Assembly (NCBI GenBank): GCA_963815615.1 | Contig: CAWFHF010000006.1 | Coordinates: 135,870-199,869 of the forward strand | Length of the DNA: 64,000 bases | DNA from: an uncultured Actinomycetota bacterium | GTDB taxonomy: Bacteria; Actinomycetota; Actinomycetes; Mycobacteriales; SCTD01 | Reading direction: 5' to 3' | Shown here: piece by piece, positions 20,150-29,946 of the stretch | Layout: the number at the start of each line of letters is the position of its first letter | Numbering within the stretch: the first letter of the stretch is position 1 | Notes under the pieces: model-generated | Databases searched by the model: none | Told to the model about the DNA's origin: nothing | Seen by the model: only the letters and a program-made list of their open reading frames with translations | Made by a program: the position numbers and the translations under genes

Positions 20150-21184
20150 GTGCGCGTCCTCGTCACCGGCTCCGGCGGCTACCTCGGCGCGGTGCTGGTC
20201 CCCCTCCTGCGGGCCGGGGGCCACGAGGTCGTCGGGCTCGACAGCGGGCTGTTCGACGCCTGCTCGCTCGGGCCCGACGTCGGCCAGGCCGAGGTCGGCG
20301 TCGACGTGCGCGACGTGACCGCCGCGCACCTGGACGGGGTCGACGCCGTCGTGCACCTGGCCGCTCTGTCCAACGACCCCCTGGGCGACCTGGCGCCGGA
20401 GACGACGCACGACGTGAACCACCTGGCCACCACCCGCCTGGCCCGGCTGGCCCGCGAGAGCGGCGTCCGCCGTTTCGTCTACTCCTCCACCTGCAGCGTC
20501 TACGGCGCCACCGGCGGCGACGCGCTCGTCGACGAGGACGCCCCGCTCGCGCCCGTCACGCCCTACGCGGTGAGCAAGGTCCGGGCCGAGCGCGACCTGC
20601 ACGCCCTCGGGACCGACGCCTTCACCACGGTGGCGCTGCGCAACGCCACCGTGCACGGCCTGTCGCCCCGGCTGCGCGCGGACGTCGTCGTCAACGACCT
20701 CGTGGCGTCAGCCGTCCTGACCGGCACCGTGAAGGTGCTCTCGGACGGCACTCCCTGGCGGCCGCTGGTGCACGTCGACGACGTCTGCGCGGCCTTCGCC
20801 GCGGTGCTCGAGGCGCCGCACGAGCGGGTCCACGGGAAGAGCCTCAACGTCGTCCGCCCCGAGGAGAACCACCGGGTGAGCGACGTCGCCGAGCTGGTGG
20901 CCGAGGCCGTGCCCGGCACGCGGGTGGAGATCACCGGCGAGCGCGGCGGCGATCCCCGCTCCTACCGCGTCGACCCGTCCCGCTTCCTCGACGCCGTCCC
21001 CGCCTGGCGCCCGACGTGGACCGTGGCGAGCGGCGCCGCCCAGCTCGCCGGGGCCTACGCACGGCTCGGCCTGACCGAGGTCGACGCCCGCACCCGCCTG
21101 GTGCGGCTGCGCTGGCTGGCCCACCTGCAGCAGTCGGGCCTGGTGGGCGCCGACCTGCGCTGGGCGGGCGCTCAGCGGCCGTAG
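20150..21184 (+). CDS. NAD-dependent epimerase/dehydratase (extended SDR)
   Basis: Intact 344-aa ORF with VLVTGSGGYLG, SSTCSVYG and YAVSK (YxxxK). Confidence 0.9.
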   Translation: MRVLVTGSGGYLGAVLVPLLRAGGHEVVGLDSGLFDACSLGPDVGQAEVGVDVRDVTAAHLDGVDAVVHLAALSNDPLGDLAPETTHDVNHLATTRLARLARESGVRRFVYSSTCSVYGATGGDALVDEDAPLAPVTPYAVSKVRAERDLHALGTDAFTTVALRNATVHGLSPRLRADVVVNDLVASAVLTGTVKVLSDGTPWRPLVHVDDVCAAFAAVLEAPHERVHGKSLNVVRPEENHRVSDVAELVAEAVPGTRVEITGERGGDPRSYRVDPSRFLDAVPAWRPTWTVASGAAQLAGAYARLGLTEVDARTRLVRLRWLAHLQQSGLVGADLRWAGAQRP

Positions 21185-22320
21185 AAGGAGCGCACCCCGT
21201 CGACGACGCGGTCGCGTGCCTCCTGCGGCATGACCGACCACAGCGGCAGGGTCACGACCTCGCGGGAGAGCTGCTCCGTGACGCGGAGGTCGCCCCGGCG
21301 GGCACCCGCGTACTGGGTGAACTCGTGGGCGCCCTGCCCCCAGTGGACGTTCGCCATGACCCCGCGGTCCCGGAGCGAGCGCAGCAGGTCGAGCCGGCTG
21401 TCCGGGTCGACCCGCACGACGTAGACGAACGGGCCGGTGCGCGACCAGTCCCAGCCCGTGGTGCGGACCTCGGGCACGTCGGCCAGGCGCTCGTCGTACT
21501 CGGCGCAGTACGCGCGCCGGTTCTCCACGAAGGAGTCGAGCTGCGCCAGCTGGGCCAGGCCGACGCTGGCCGGCACGGCACCCAGGTGGTAGCGGTAGCC
21601 CTGCCGCACGACGTCGTACTCCCAGAACCGCTCGTGGCGCGTCCGGGCCTCGAGGTCCTGGTCGGCGCCCAGCATGCGCCGCTCGCGGTTGACGACGTCC
21701 TCGGCGGCGTCCGGGGTGATCAGGGCCCCGCCCTCGAGCGTCGTCAGGGTCTTGACCGGGCCGAAGGAGAAGGCGACCAGGTCTCCGGCGGCCCCCACCC
21801 TGCGGCCGTCCGGCAGCAGCGAGCCCAGGGCGTGGGCGGCGTCCTCGATGACCCGCAGCCCGTGCTGGGCGGCCACCTCGTACGTGCCCGCGAGGTCACC
21901 GACGTGCCCCGCGTAGTGCATCGTCATCACGGCGACCGTGCGGTCCGTGACCAGCTCCCGCACGCGTGCGGGGTCGACGGAGAAGGTCGCCTCGTCGACG
22001 TCGGCGAACACGACGTCGGCCCCCGTCATCGACACGGCCTGGTGCGCCGCGACGTACGTGAAGGACGGGCAGACGACCTCCGTGTCGGGGCCGGCACCGG
22101 CCAGCAGGGCCGCCAGGTGCAGCGCTGCCGTGCAGCTGTTCGTCGCCGTGAGGTGCCGGTCCTGCAGGCCCAGCCAGCTGCCGAGCTCGCGCTCGAAGCG
22201 GCCGGTCGCCGGCCCGAGGCCCAGGTAGCCGACGTCCAGCGCGGCGAGCACGGCGGTCCGCTCGTCGGCCCCGATCTGCGGCCTGAACACCGGCAGGACG
22301 TCCTCGGTCTGGGTCTTCAC
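21172..22320 (-). CDS. DegT/DnrJ/EryC1/StrS-family PLP-dependent sugar aminotransferase
   Basis: ORF 21172..22440 with GTG at 22320 (VKTQTEDVLPVFRPQIG). Contains IEDAAHALGS and FSFGPVKTLT, with the catalytic Lys retained. Confidence 0.9.
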   Translation of the reverse strand: MKTQTEDVLPVFRPQIGADERTAVLAALDVGYLGLGPATGRFERELGSWLGLQDRHLTATNSCTAALHLAALLAGAGPDTEVVCPSFTYVAAHQAVSMTGADVVFADVDEATFSVDPARVRELVTDRTVAVMTMHYAGHVGDLAGTYEVAAQHGLRVIEDAAHALGSLLPDGRRVGAAGDLVAFSFGPVKTLTTLEGGALITPDAAEDVVNRERRMLGADQDLEARTRHERFWEYDVVRQGYRYHLGAVPASVGLAQLAQLDSFVENRRAYCAEYDERLADVPEVRTTGWDWSRTGPFVYVVRVDPDSRLDLLRSLRDRGVMANVHWGQGAHEFTQYAGARRGDLRVTEQLSREVVTLPLWSVMPQEARDRVVDGVRSFYGR

Positions 22321-22387
22321 CTGTTCCTCGTCCTCCGGTCGGGGTCCTCGGACTGTCTCTCGGGAGGTCCGGGCCGGACCTGGAGGG

Positions 22388-23437
22388 GTGGGTACGGTCC
22401 CGCACGTGCCGGGGCCCGCCATCACCGTCGTCGTGCCCACGCACGACCGGCTCGACTACCTGCGGCAGGCCGTGGGGTGCGTGCTGGGCCAGACCCGGGG
22501 CGACCTGCGGCTCGTGGTCAGCGACAACGCCTCCACCGACGGGACAGCGGAGTGGCTCGCGGGACTGCGCGACCCGCGGGTGTCCCTGGTGCGCCACCCC
22601 GTCGACGTGGGGATGACGGCCAACTTCAACAGCGCGCTGGCCGCCGTCGACACCCCCTACACGGCGCTGCTGCTCGACGACGACCTGTGGCACCCGCGCA
22701 TGCTCGAGCGCTGCCTGCCGGCCCTGGAGGGCGACGCGCGCGTCGGGATGGTCCACGCGGCCTTCAGCGTCCTCGACGCCGAGGGGCGGGTGCTGCAGGC
22801 GCGCGAGGACTGGCACGCCCCCGGCCGGGCGGTCGACGGGCGGCGACCCGGGCGGGCCCTCGTCGAGGACCTGCTGGCGCGGTCGAACCCGGTGATGACC
22901 AGCTCGGTGCTCCTGCGGACACGGGCGCTGCCGCCGCAGCTGTTCGACGCGCGTGACGTGCAGGCGGAGGACCTCGGGCTGTGGCTGCGCCTGGCCCTGG
23001 ACCACGACGCCACCTTCGTGCCGGAGCCCCTCGCGTCGTTCCGCCGGCACGGGGGCAGCGTCTCGGTGGGCGCGTCCCACGACGTCGGCGAGGGCACGGT
23101 GCCCGGCTTCCGGCAGGTGGCGCAGCGACGGGCCGCGAAGGAGCGGTTCCTGGACGAGGAGGGCGCGCGTCTGGGCGACGTCCCCTCCTGGCGGCGACGC
23201 GTGGCGAGGCAGGCCTGCGACGACGCCCTCGGCACCGTGTGGGCCCTGACCCGCGCGCAGCGCGACCTGCGCGGGACCCGCGCCCTGCTCGGCCAGGCGG
23301 CGGCGGAGGTGCCCGAGGTGCGCCGCGACCCGCGCGCCGCGCGGCTGCTGGTCCTGGCGACCGCGGCGACCGCGCGCCGGGCGCTCAGTCCTGCCAGGTC
23401 CTCCACGGCGCCCGGCCGGAGTCCCACAGCCCGTTGA
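22388..23437 (+). CDS. Family 2 glycosyltransferase
   Basis: Intact 349-aa ORF with ITVVVPTHDRLDYLRQAVGCVLGQT..LVVSDNASTDGT..LLLDDDD-type DxD. Confidence 0.85.
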   Translation: MGTVPHVPGPAITVVVPTHDRLDYLRQAVGCVLGQTRGDLRLVVSDNASTDGTAEWLAGLRDPRVSLVRHPVDVGMTANFNSALAAVDTPYTALLLDDDLWHPRMLERCLPALEGDARVGMVHAAFSVLDAEGRVLQAREDWHAPGRAVDGRRPGRALVEDLLARSNPVMTSSVLLRTRALPPQLFDARDVQAEDLGLWLRLALDHDATFVPEPLASFRRHGGSVSVGASHDVGEGTVPGFRQVAQRRAAKERFLDEEGARLGDVPSWRRRVARQACDDALGTVWALTRAQRDLRGTRALLGQAAAEVPEVRRDPRAARLLVLATAATARRALSPARSSTAPGRSPTAR

Positions 23438-24199
23438 GGTGGGTCCACTCGCGGTAGGTGTCCATGCCCATCCAGAACCCGCGTGGGCGTGCAGGCCGAG
23501 CTGTCCCTCGTGGGCGAGCCGCTGCAGCGGCGCGTGCTCCAGCACCAGGTCCGGGTCGTCGTCGAGGTCGTCGTCGAGGAAGGACCGCTCGAAGACGAAG
23601 TAGCCGCCGCTGACCCAGCCGTCGGGCGCGGTCGGCTTCTCGTTGAAGGCGTGACGGCCCGAGGGTCGTCGTCGACGGTAGCTCGCCGTAGCGGCCGGTC
23701 GGGTGGACGCCCGTGACGGTCGCGGTCAGGCCGGTGCGGGCGTGCGCCTGCAGCAGCGCCGGCACGTCGACGGCGCCGACGCCGTCGGCGTACGTGGCCA
23801 TGAACGGGCCGTCGCCCAGGTGCTCGCGGCAGCGGCGCAGCCGGGCACCGGTGCCGTGAGCAGGCCGGTCTCGACGAAGGTGACCTCCCAGTCCTCGACG
23901 CCCACCTCGTTGTGGAAGACCGGGGCGCTGCCGTCGCCCATGTGCAGGGTGAAGTCGGAGACGTTCTCCCGGTAGTGCAGGAACCAGCGCTTGATGTCCT
24001 CGCTCCGGTAGCCGAGCGCCAGCACGAAGCGCGTCACCCCGAACGCGGCGTAGGTCTTCATGACGTGCCACAGGACCGGCTTGCCGCCGATCGCGACGAG
24101 CGGCTTGGGCAGGCGCTCGTCGACGTCGCGCAGGCGCGTGCCGAGGCCGCCGCAGAGGATGACGACCGGGACGTCTCGCGGGTCGGGGACGGCGTGCAC
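23385..24199 (-). pseudogene. rfbF: Glucose-1-phosphate cytidylyltransferase; about 3 frame breaks
   Basis: VVILCGGLGTRLR..LPKPLVAIGGKPVLWHVMKTYAAFG..VTFVETG is in ORF 23726..24199. GTGARLRR..FMATYADGVGAVDV..TVTGVHPTGRYGEL and FWMGMDTYREW..LW are in 23385..24350. LEHAPLQRLAHEGQL is in 21896..23545. Confidence 0.85.
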
Positions 24200-24243
24200 G
24201 CGGCTCCTCGGGGTGGCAGGCGGGCGGACCGTAGCCTTCGGGG

Positions 24244-25494
24244 GTGAGCACGGGCGGGAGGGTCACGGCGTGCCGCGGGTGCGACGGGCCCGCTCCGGTG
24301 CCGGTCCTGGACCTCGGGCGCACCGCTGTCGCGAACCGTCTGCCGTCCACGCCCGACGCCGACGAGGCGCGCTACCCGCTCGAGGTCGGGCTGTGCGAGC
24401 GGTGCGCGCTGGTGCAGCTGACGTGGGCCCTGCCGGCGGAGGACCTGTTCGACGCCGACTACCCCTACCTGTCGTCCGTCACGGACAGCCTCGTGCAGCA
24501 CGCGCGCACCCACGCCCTCGGGCTCGTGGCGCAGCGGGGCCTCGGTCCGGAGTCCCTCGTCGTCGAGGTCGGGAGCAACGACGGCTACCTGCTCCAGCAC
24601 CTCGTCGAGGCGGGCGTGCCGGTCCTCGGGGTCGAGCCGACCCCGGGGCCCGCCGCCGCCGCCCGGGCCCGGGGGGTGCGCACCGTGGAGGCCTTCTTCG
24701 GCAGCGCTCTCGCCCGGCGTCTGGTCGCCGAGCACGGGCGGGCCGACGTCGTGGTCGCGAACAACGTGCTCGCACACGTGCCCGACCTGCAGGACGTCCT
24801 CGCGGGGGTGGCCCTGCTGCTCGGCCCGGACGGCGTGGCCACGGTCGAGAACCCGGGGGTGGGGCAGCTGCTCGACCGCGTCGCGTTCGACACCGTCTAC
24901 CACGAGCACTACTGCTACCTGTCGTGCCTGAGCGTGCAGGCGGTGGCGGCACGGGCAGGCCTGGTGCTCGTCGACGCGGAGGAGTTCCCGGCGCTGCACG
25001 GCGGGACCCTGCGCTGGCACCTGGCCCACGGGGGGACCCCGTCCCCGCGCCTGAGGGAGCGGCTGGCCGACGAGCGGGCCCGCGGCCTGGACCGGGTCGC
25101 GACCTACCTCGGCTTCGGGGAGCGGGTCCGCGGGCTGCAGGACGCCCTGCGCGCCGAGCTCGACCGGCTCCACGACGCCGGCCGCACGGTCGCGGCCTAC
25201 GGCGCTGCCGCCAAGGGCGCGACGCTGCTCGGCACCACCGGCGTCGACGTCTCCCGCGTGGCCTTCGTCGTCGACCGCAGCCCCGCCAAGCAGGGCCGGT
25301 ACCTGCCGGGCACGGGCATCCCCGTGCTGGCGCCGGAGGAGCTGCTGGCGCGCCGGCCCGACGTCGTTCTCCTGCTGGCGTGGAACGTCGCGGACGAGGT
25401 GGTCCGCCAGCAGGCGGACTACCTCGCCGGCGGCGGTGCCTTCCTGGTCCCGGTCCCCGCCCTGAGCTACCTCGGCGGACCGGCTCCCGCCTAG
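24244..25494 (+). CDS. SAM-dependent NDP-hexose C-methyltransferase-like protein with N-terminal zinc knuckle
   Basis: Intact 416-aa ORF with CRGCDG..CERCALVQL, then VVEVGSNDGYLL (SAM site) and a C-terminal AYGAAAKGATLL domain. Confidence 0.8.
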   Translation: MSTGGRVTACRGCDGPAPVPVLDLGRTAVANRLPSTPDADEARYPLEVGLCERCALVQLTWALPAEDLFDADYPYLSSVTDSLVQHARTHALGLVAQRGLGPESLVVEVGSNDGYLLQHLVEAGVPVLGVEPTPGPAAAARARGVRTVEAFFGSALARRLVAEHGRADVVVANNVLAHVPDLQDVLAGVALLLGPDGVATVENPGVGQLLDRVAFDTVYHEHYCYLSCLSVQAVAARAGLVLVDAEEFPALHGGTLRWHLAHGGTPSPRLRERLADERARGLDRVATYLGFGERVRGLQDALRAELDRLHDAGRTVAAYGAAAKGATLLGTTGVDVSRVAFVVDRSPAKQGRYLPGTGIPVLAPEELLARRPDVVLLLAWNVADEVVRQQADYLAGGGAFLVPVPALSYLGGPAPA

Positions 25495-26518
25495 CGGATC
25501 TCGGGCAGGCAGCCGGCGCCGCGGCCGAGGGCGCCCAGGCCGGCCAGGTCGCCGCTGCCGAAGCCGGTGACGTCGCGGCCGATGACCGCGTTCATCACCT
25601 GGGAGGCGTCCTCGACGTGGGCCAGGCCGACGGCGTGGCCGAGCTCGTGCAGGGCGTAGGTGAACCAGGAGCCGGCGCCGCTGGTCCCCGCCCTGGTCGC
25701 GCTGTTGAGGGCGACGACGCCGGAGGCGATCTGGGTGCGGTTGGCGCCGGTGCTGTCGTAGGAGCCGGTCCACAGGACGCGGGTCATGCCGACGGTGGTC
25801 GCGGTGCGGCCGGCGAGCAGGTCGGAGGCGCTGGCGCTGGTCCAGCCGACCAGCAGCGGCTGGAACTGGGCCCAGCCCTGCTGCAGGTAGCCGCCGGTCG
25901 GGCGCCGCGGTCGGTGGTGCCCTGGTAGGCGAAGGTCAGGCCGGTGCGGCTGCTGAGCTCGGCGACGGCGGCCTGGACGGCGGCGAGGCCGCCCGCGGGG
26001 GCACCGGCGGGGTTGAAGCTCCACGGGACGTCGGCGCAGGGGTTCCAGCGGACCGGGGCGCCGGCGTCGACGTGCAGGAAGGCGTAGGCGCCGGTGCGCG
26101 CGGCCGGGGCGGCGGCGGGCAGGGCGGCCGGGCGCGACCGGCGGCAGGGCCGCACGGGCTTGGTCACCGGGAGCGGCAGCGGGCTTGGTCACCGGGGCGG
26201 CAGCGGGGCGGGTGGTCGTGCGGGTCGGTCGTCGCCGGGCGGGTGGTCGTGCGCGTGGCCGGGCGGGCGGTCGCCTTCGGCCGGGCGGCGGCGCGGACGG
26301 CGGCTGGGGACCGTCGTGCGCAGGGTGCTGCCGGTCGGGGCGGCGAGCCGGCTGCGGGTGACCGCCGCGGACCGGGAGAGCGCGCTGCGGGTGCCGGCCT
26401 GGTCCGCGGAGACGGCGGAGGGGGCGGGCGTGCCGGCCGTCGCCGTGGCGGGGACCGCCGCGAGGGGAGCGGCGAGCAGCCCGAGGGCGAGGACGGAGGA
26501 GAGGCAGGACCGGCGCAT
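25491..26518 (-). pseudogene. Secreted zinc metalloprotease (matrixin-like HExxHxxGxxH); 2-3 frame breaks
   Basis: The signal peptide MRRSCLSSVLALGLLAAPLAAVPATA is in ORF 26189..26518. AYAFLHVDAGAPVRWNPC..LTFAYQGTTDR is in 25784..26167. The catalytic YALHELGHAVGLAH is in 25491..26192. Confidence 0.75.
26156..26205. repeat. 25-bp tandem duplication (GGGCTTGGTCACCGGGAGCGGCAGC / GGGCTTGGTCACCGGGGCGGCAGCG) inside the protease linker, followed by a 17-bp direct repeat at 26206 and 26237
   Basis: Read directly. The unit length is not a multiple of 3 and coincides with the frame break between ORFs 26189..26518 and 25784..26167. Confidence 0.85.
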
Positions 26519-26748
26519 GCTCAGTGGTTCGGAGACCGCGACGGCGGGTCTGGAGGCGGAGCGGGACTGTTCACCCCTGCGGGCGAACCCGACATCGTGC
26601 GTCCGAACGGCGCAGTCCGTCTGGTCACCCGGGAGGGTGGTCTCGGCGCGGGCCTGGCCAGGACGCGCCCCGGTCGTGACGCTGCGTCACCGGCGGGATC
26701 GACGCCCGATCGGGTGAGATCGACGTCTGCCGCGGCTAGCCTCGGCGG

Positions 26749-27285
26749 GTGCGCGCAGCCCTGGCCCTCGGCCTCACGGCCCTGCTGGCCACCGGCTGCT
26801 CGGGCAGCCCCGCCCCCCGCGCGGCCGGGCCCTCGCCGACGCCGTCGACCACCGCTCCGTCGGCCGCCGCCGCGGCGGCGGCCCCCTCCTGCCCGGCCGG
26901 CGGGGGCGACCGCGCCTGGCCGGCCGGCGTCCCGGCCGACCTCCCCGTCCCGCCGACGGCGGAGCTGGGCCCGGCCGAGCAGAGCCCCGGCGGCCTGACC
27001 CTGGTGCGCTTCACGACGTCGCAGTCGGTGCGCGACGGCGTCGTCTTCCTGTCCCGCGCCCTGCAGCCGGCCGGCTTCACCCTCGGGCGCGGCGACGCGG
27101 AGGCGCTCGAGGCCGACGTGCCCTTCAGCCGCGGGCCGCTGCGCGGGCTGCTCAAGATGATCGCCGACCAGCCGTGCCGCACGCAGTGGGTGCTGGCCCT
27201 GCAGACCGGCCCCGGCCCGTCCGCGGGCGCGCCGCTGCTGCAGCCCGTGACGACGGCGAGCCCCAGCCCGCTGCCCTTCGGCTGA
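26749..27285 (+). CDS. Lipoprotein of unknown function
   Basis: Intact 178-aa ORF with lipobox LLATGC, then a Pro/Ser/Ala linker and a globular C-terminus. Confidence 0.65.
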   Translation: MRAALALGLTALLATGCSGSPAPRAAGPSPTPSTTAPSAAAAAAAPSCPAGGGDRAWPAGVPADLPVPPTAELGPAEQSPGGLTLVRFTTSQSVRDGVVFLSRALQPAGFTLGRGDAEALEADVPFSRGPLRGLLKMIADQPCRTQWVLALQTGPGPSAGAPLLQPVTTASPSPLPFG

Positions 27286-27314
27286 GCCGCCCGCTGCAGG
27301 GCTAGGGTCCGCCG

Positions 27315-28246
27315 GTGGACCCGGGCGTGCTGCTGCAGGCGGTCCTCACCGGGCTGTCCGCCGGGGCCGTGCTCGGTCTGGTCGCCCTGGGCTTCACGCT
27401 CGTCGCCGGGACCGTGCGGGTGCTGCACCTGGCGCACGGCGACGTCGTCGTCGCGTCCGTGCTGACGGCGGGCGTGGTCGTGCTGGGGACGACGCCGGTG
27501 GCGACCCGGCTGGCGCCCGCACCGGCCGTGGCGCTCGTGCTGCTGGTCCTGTCCGCCGGCACCGGGCTCGCCCTGGGCGTGGCCCTGCTGGCCGTGCGCC
27601 CCTGGCTCCCCGACGTCGCCGCGGGCCGCGAGGGCGACCCCCTCGGCTGGCTGGCCGGGACGGTCGCGGCGGGGCTGGTGCTGCGCGAGGCGCTCGGCCT
27701 GCTGCTGCCCGGCGAGGGCTACGCCGTGCCCGACCCGCTGCGGCTGTCGGGGTGGGCCGAGCGCGGCGTGGTCGACCTGCCGCTCGGGGGCGTGCTCGAC
27801 GCCCGGGTGCCCGCCGTCCTCGTCCTCGGCCGCCGCGGTCGGCCTGCTGGCCGAGCGGCTGGTCGTGCGGTCGCGGGCCGGGCGGGCGATGAGGGCGGTC
27901 GCCGAGGACCCCGACGCCGCGGTGCTCTGCGGCGTCCCGCCCCGGCGCACCCTGCTGCTGGCCTTCGGCACGGCCGGGCTGCTCGCCGGCGTCGCCGGCC
28001 TGCTGGACGCCCCGGGCGGCGCGGTGTCGGTCGACGACGGCGTCGTGCTGGGGCTGGCCGGGGCGGCGGCGGCCCTGCTCGGCGGCCTCGGCTCGCTGCG
28101 CGGCGCCCTGGTCGGGGGCCTCGCGCTGGGGGTCGCCCAGCAGCTGGTCGTCGTCGGGCTGGGGGCCGGCGTGGTCCGACGTCGTCCCGCTGGGGCTGCT
28201 GGTCGTGCTGCTGGCCGTCCAGCGGGCGCCCCGGGTGCTCGTCTGA
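27315..28246 (+). pseudogene. livH: Branched-chain amino acid ABC transporter permease (LivH-like); 2 frame breaks
   Basis: LLQAVLTGLSAGAVLGLVALGFTLVAG is in ORF 27315..28640. RAMRAVAEDPDAAVLCGV..LLGGLGSLRGALVGGLALGVAQ is in 27865..29946. The end WSDVVPLGLLVVLLAVQRAPRVLV* was read by eye, with TGA at 28244-28246. Confidence 0.8.
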
Positions 28247-29196
28247 GCGCGGTCGAGGTCGCCACGGCCCTCTACCTGCTGCTGGCGGCCTTCGGCCTGG
28301 CCCTGCCGGTGGCCGCGGGCCTGCCGGTGCTCGGCCAGGGCGCGTTCGTGGCGGTCGGCGGCGTCGGCACGGCGCTGCTGGGGCCGGGCGGTGCGGGGCT
28401 CCCGCTCGGGGCGGCCTGCGCCCTGGCGGTGCTCACGGCCGGGCTGGCCGGGCTGGCTGGTCGCCCTCGGGGCCGGCCGGCTCGAGGGCGCGGCCCTCGG
28501 CCTCGCGACCTGGGGGCTCGCCTGGCTGGTGCACCGCGTCCTGCTGTCCTTCCCCGCGGTCTCGGGCGGCGCCGCCGGGCTGGTCCGCCCGACGCCGGCC
28601 CGGCTGGTCAGCCCGGTGCTCGGGGTCGAGGTGGTGCTGACCCCGCGGGTGCACGTCGTCGTCGCAGGGGTGCTGTGCCTGCTGGCCGCGGGAGCGCTGG
28701 CCCGGCTGGCCCGCGGCCCGGCCGGGCGGGACCTGGCGGCGCTGCGCGAGGGGCCGGCCCTGGCGGCGTCGCTCGGCGTGCCGGTGGCGGCGCGGCGGCG
28801 GGCGGTGCTGACGGCGGGCGCCGCGCTCGGCGGCCTGTCCGGCGCGGGCACGGTGGTGCTGCTCGGCCTGGTGGCGCCTGCCGACGTCGGCCCGCTGCTG
28901 TCGCTGCAGCTGTTCGTGGCGGTGCTGGTCGGCGGGGCGGGGCGCTGGTGGGGCCCGGTGCTCGGGGTGGCGCTGCTGACCGTGCTGCCGCGCGCCGCCG
29001 ACGCCCTCGGGGCCCTCGCCGGGTCGGACGGGCAGCGGCTGCGCGGCCTGCTGACCGCGCTGCTGCTGGTGGCGGTGCTGGCGCTGCGCCGGCTGCCGGC
29101 GCGCACGACCACGGGGGACGGCACCGGCGCGGCCACCCCGGGCGACGGCACGGGTCCGACCACCTCCCCGTCGCTCACCAGCCCCGGTGGGCGCCC
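28243..29196 (+). pseudogene. livM: Branched-chain amino acid ABC transporter permease (LivM-like); frame break near 28440; 3' end unresolved
   Basis: VEVATALYLLLAAFGLALPVAAGLPVLGQGAFVAVGG is in ORF 27865..29946. RDLAALREGPALAASLGV..GLVAPADVGPLLSLQLFVAVLVGGAGRWWGPVLG is in 28391..29458. The only start candidate is CTG at 28243 (CTGA overlap with the livH stop). No stop occurs before livG in the reading frame. Confidence 0.65.
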
Positions 29197-29946
29197 GTGC
29201 TGCTGCGCGCCCGCGGCGTCGAGGTGGCGTTCGGCGCGGTGCGGGCGCTCGACGGCGTCGGGCTGGACCTGCGCGGCGGACAGGTGCACGCCCTGGTGGG
29301 CCCGAACGGCTCGGGCAAGTCGACGCTGCTGCGGGTGCTGTCGGGCGAGCTGCTCCCCGACGCCGGCGCGCTCGAGGTCGCCGGCACCGCCGCCGCGCCC
29401 GGGGTGGCGACGGGGGTGGTGCGCACCCCGCAGCGCACGGTCGTGCTGCCCCGCCTGACCCCGGCCGAGCAGGTCGCCGTCGGTGCCCGCGGCGGCAGCG
29501 CGACCCGCGGCGCCGTCCTGCGCCACCTGCTGGCGACGCCGGGCAGCAGGGTCGCGGAGGCCCGGACCCGGCGCGCGGTGTCCGCGGCGCTCGCCGCCAC
29601 CGGGCTCGGCGGGGCGGCCGACGCCGACCCGGCGACCCTCGCCGTGGGGGAGCAGCGGCTGCTGCAGGTCGCCCGGGCGGTGGCCACGGGGGCGACGGTG
29701 CTGCTGCTGGACGAGCCGGCCGCGGGCATGACCGCGGGGGAGCGGGTGCGGCTGGTGCAGGTGCTCCGGGCGCTGGCCGGCGGCGGGGCGGCCGTGCTGC
29801 TCGTCGAGCACGACCTGCGCCTGGTGGGCGCCGTCGCCGACCGCGTGACGGTGCTCGTCGCCGGCCGGGTCGCGGCGTCCGGCACCATCGAGCAGGTGCG
29901 CGCCGACCCCGCGGTGCGCGCGGCCTACCTGGGAGGTGCGGCGTGA
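29197..29946 (+). CDS. livG: ABC transporter ATP-binding protein (LivG-like)
   Basis: GTG at 29197 in the frame of ORF 27865..29946. Contains GPNGSGKSTLL (Walker A), a LAVGEQRLLQVARA signature and LLLDEPAAG (Walker B). Confidence 0.85.
   Translation: MLLRARGVEVAFGAVRALDGVGLDLRGGQVHALVGPNGSGKSTLLRVLSGELLPDAGALEVAGTAAAPGVATGVVRTPQRTVVLPRLTPAEQVAVGARGGSATRGAVLRHLLATPGSRVAEARTRRAVSAALAATGLGGAADADPATLAVGEQRLLQVARAVATGATVLLLDEPAAGMTAGERVRLVQVLRALAGGGAAVLLVEHDLRLVGAVADRVTVLVAGRVAASGTIEQVRADPAVRAAYLGGAA

Noticed and set aside
1-25500. Calling the polysaccharide locus a horizontally acquired genomic island or mobile element
   Set aside because: No integrase, transposase, flanking tRNA or direct repeats were found, and I saw no obvious compositional shift by eye. 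It is accessory in gene content, but mobility cannot be supported from this window.
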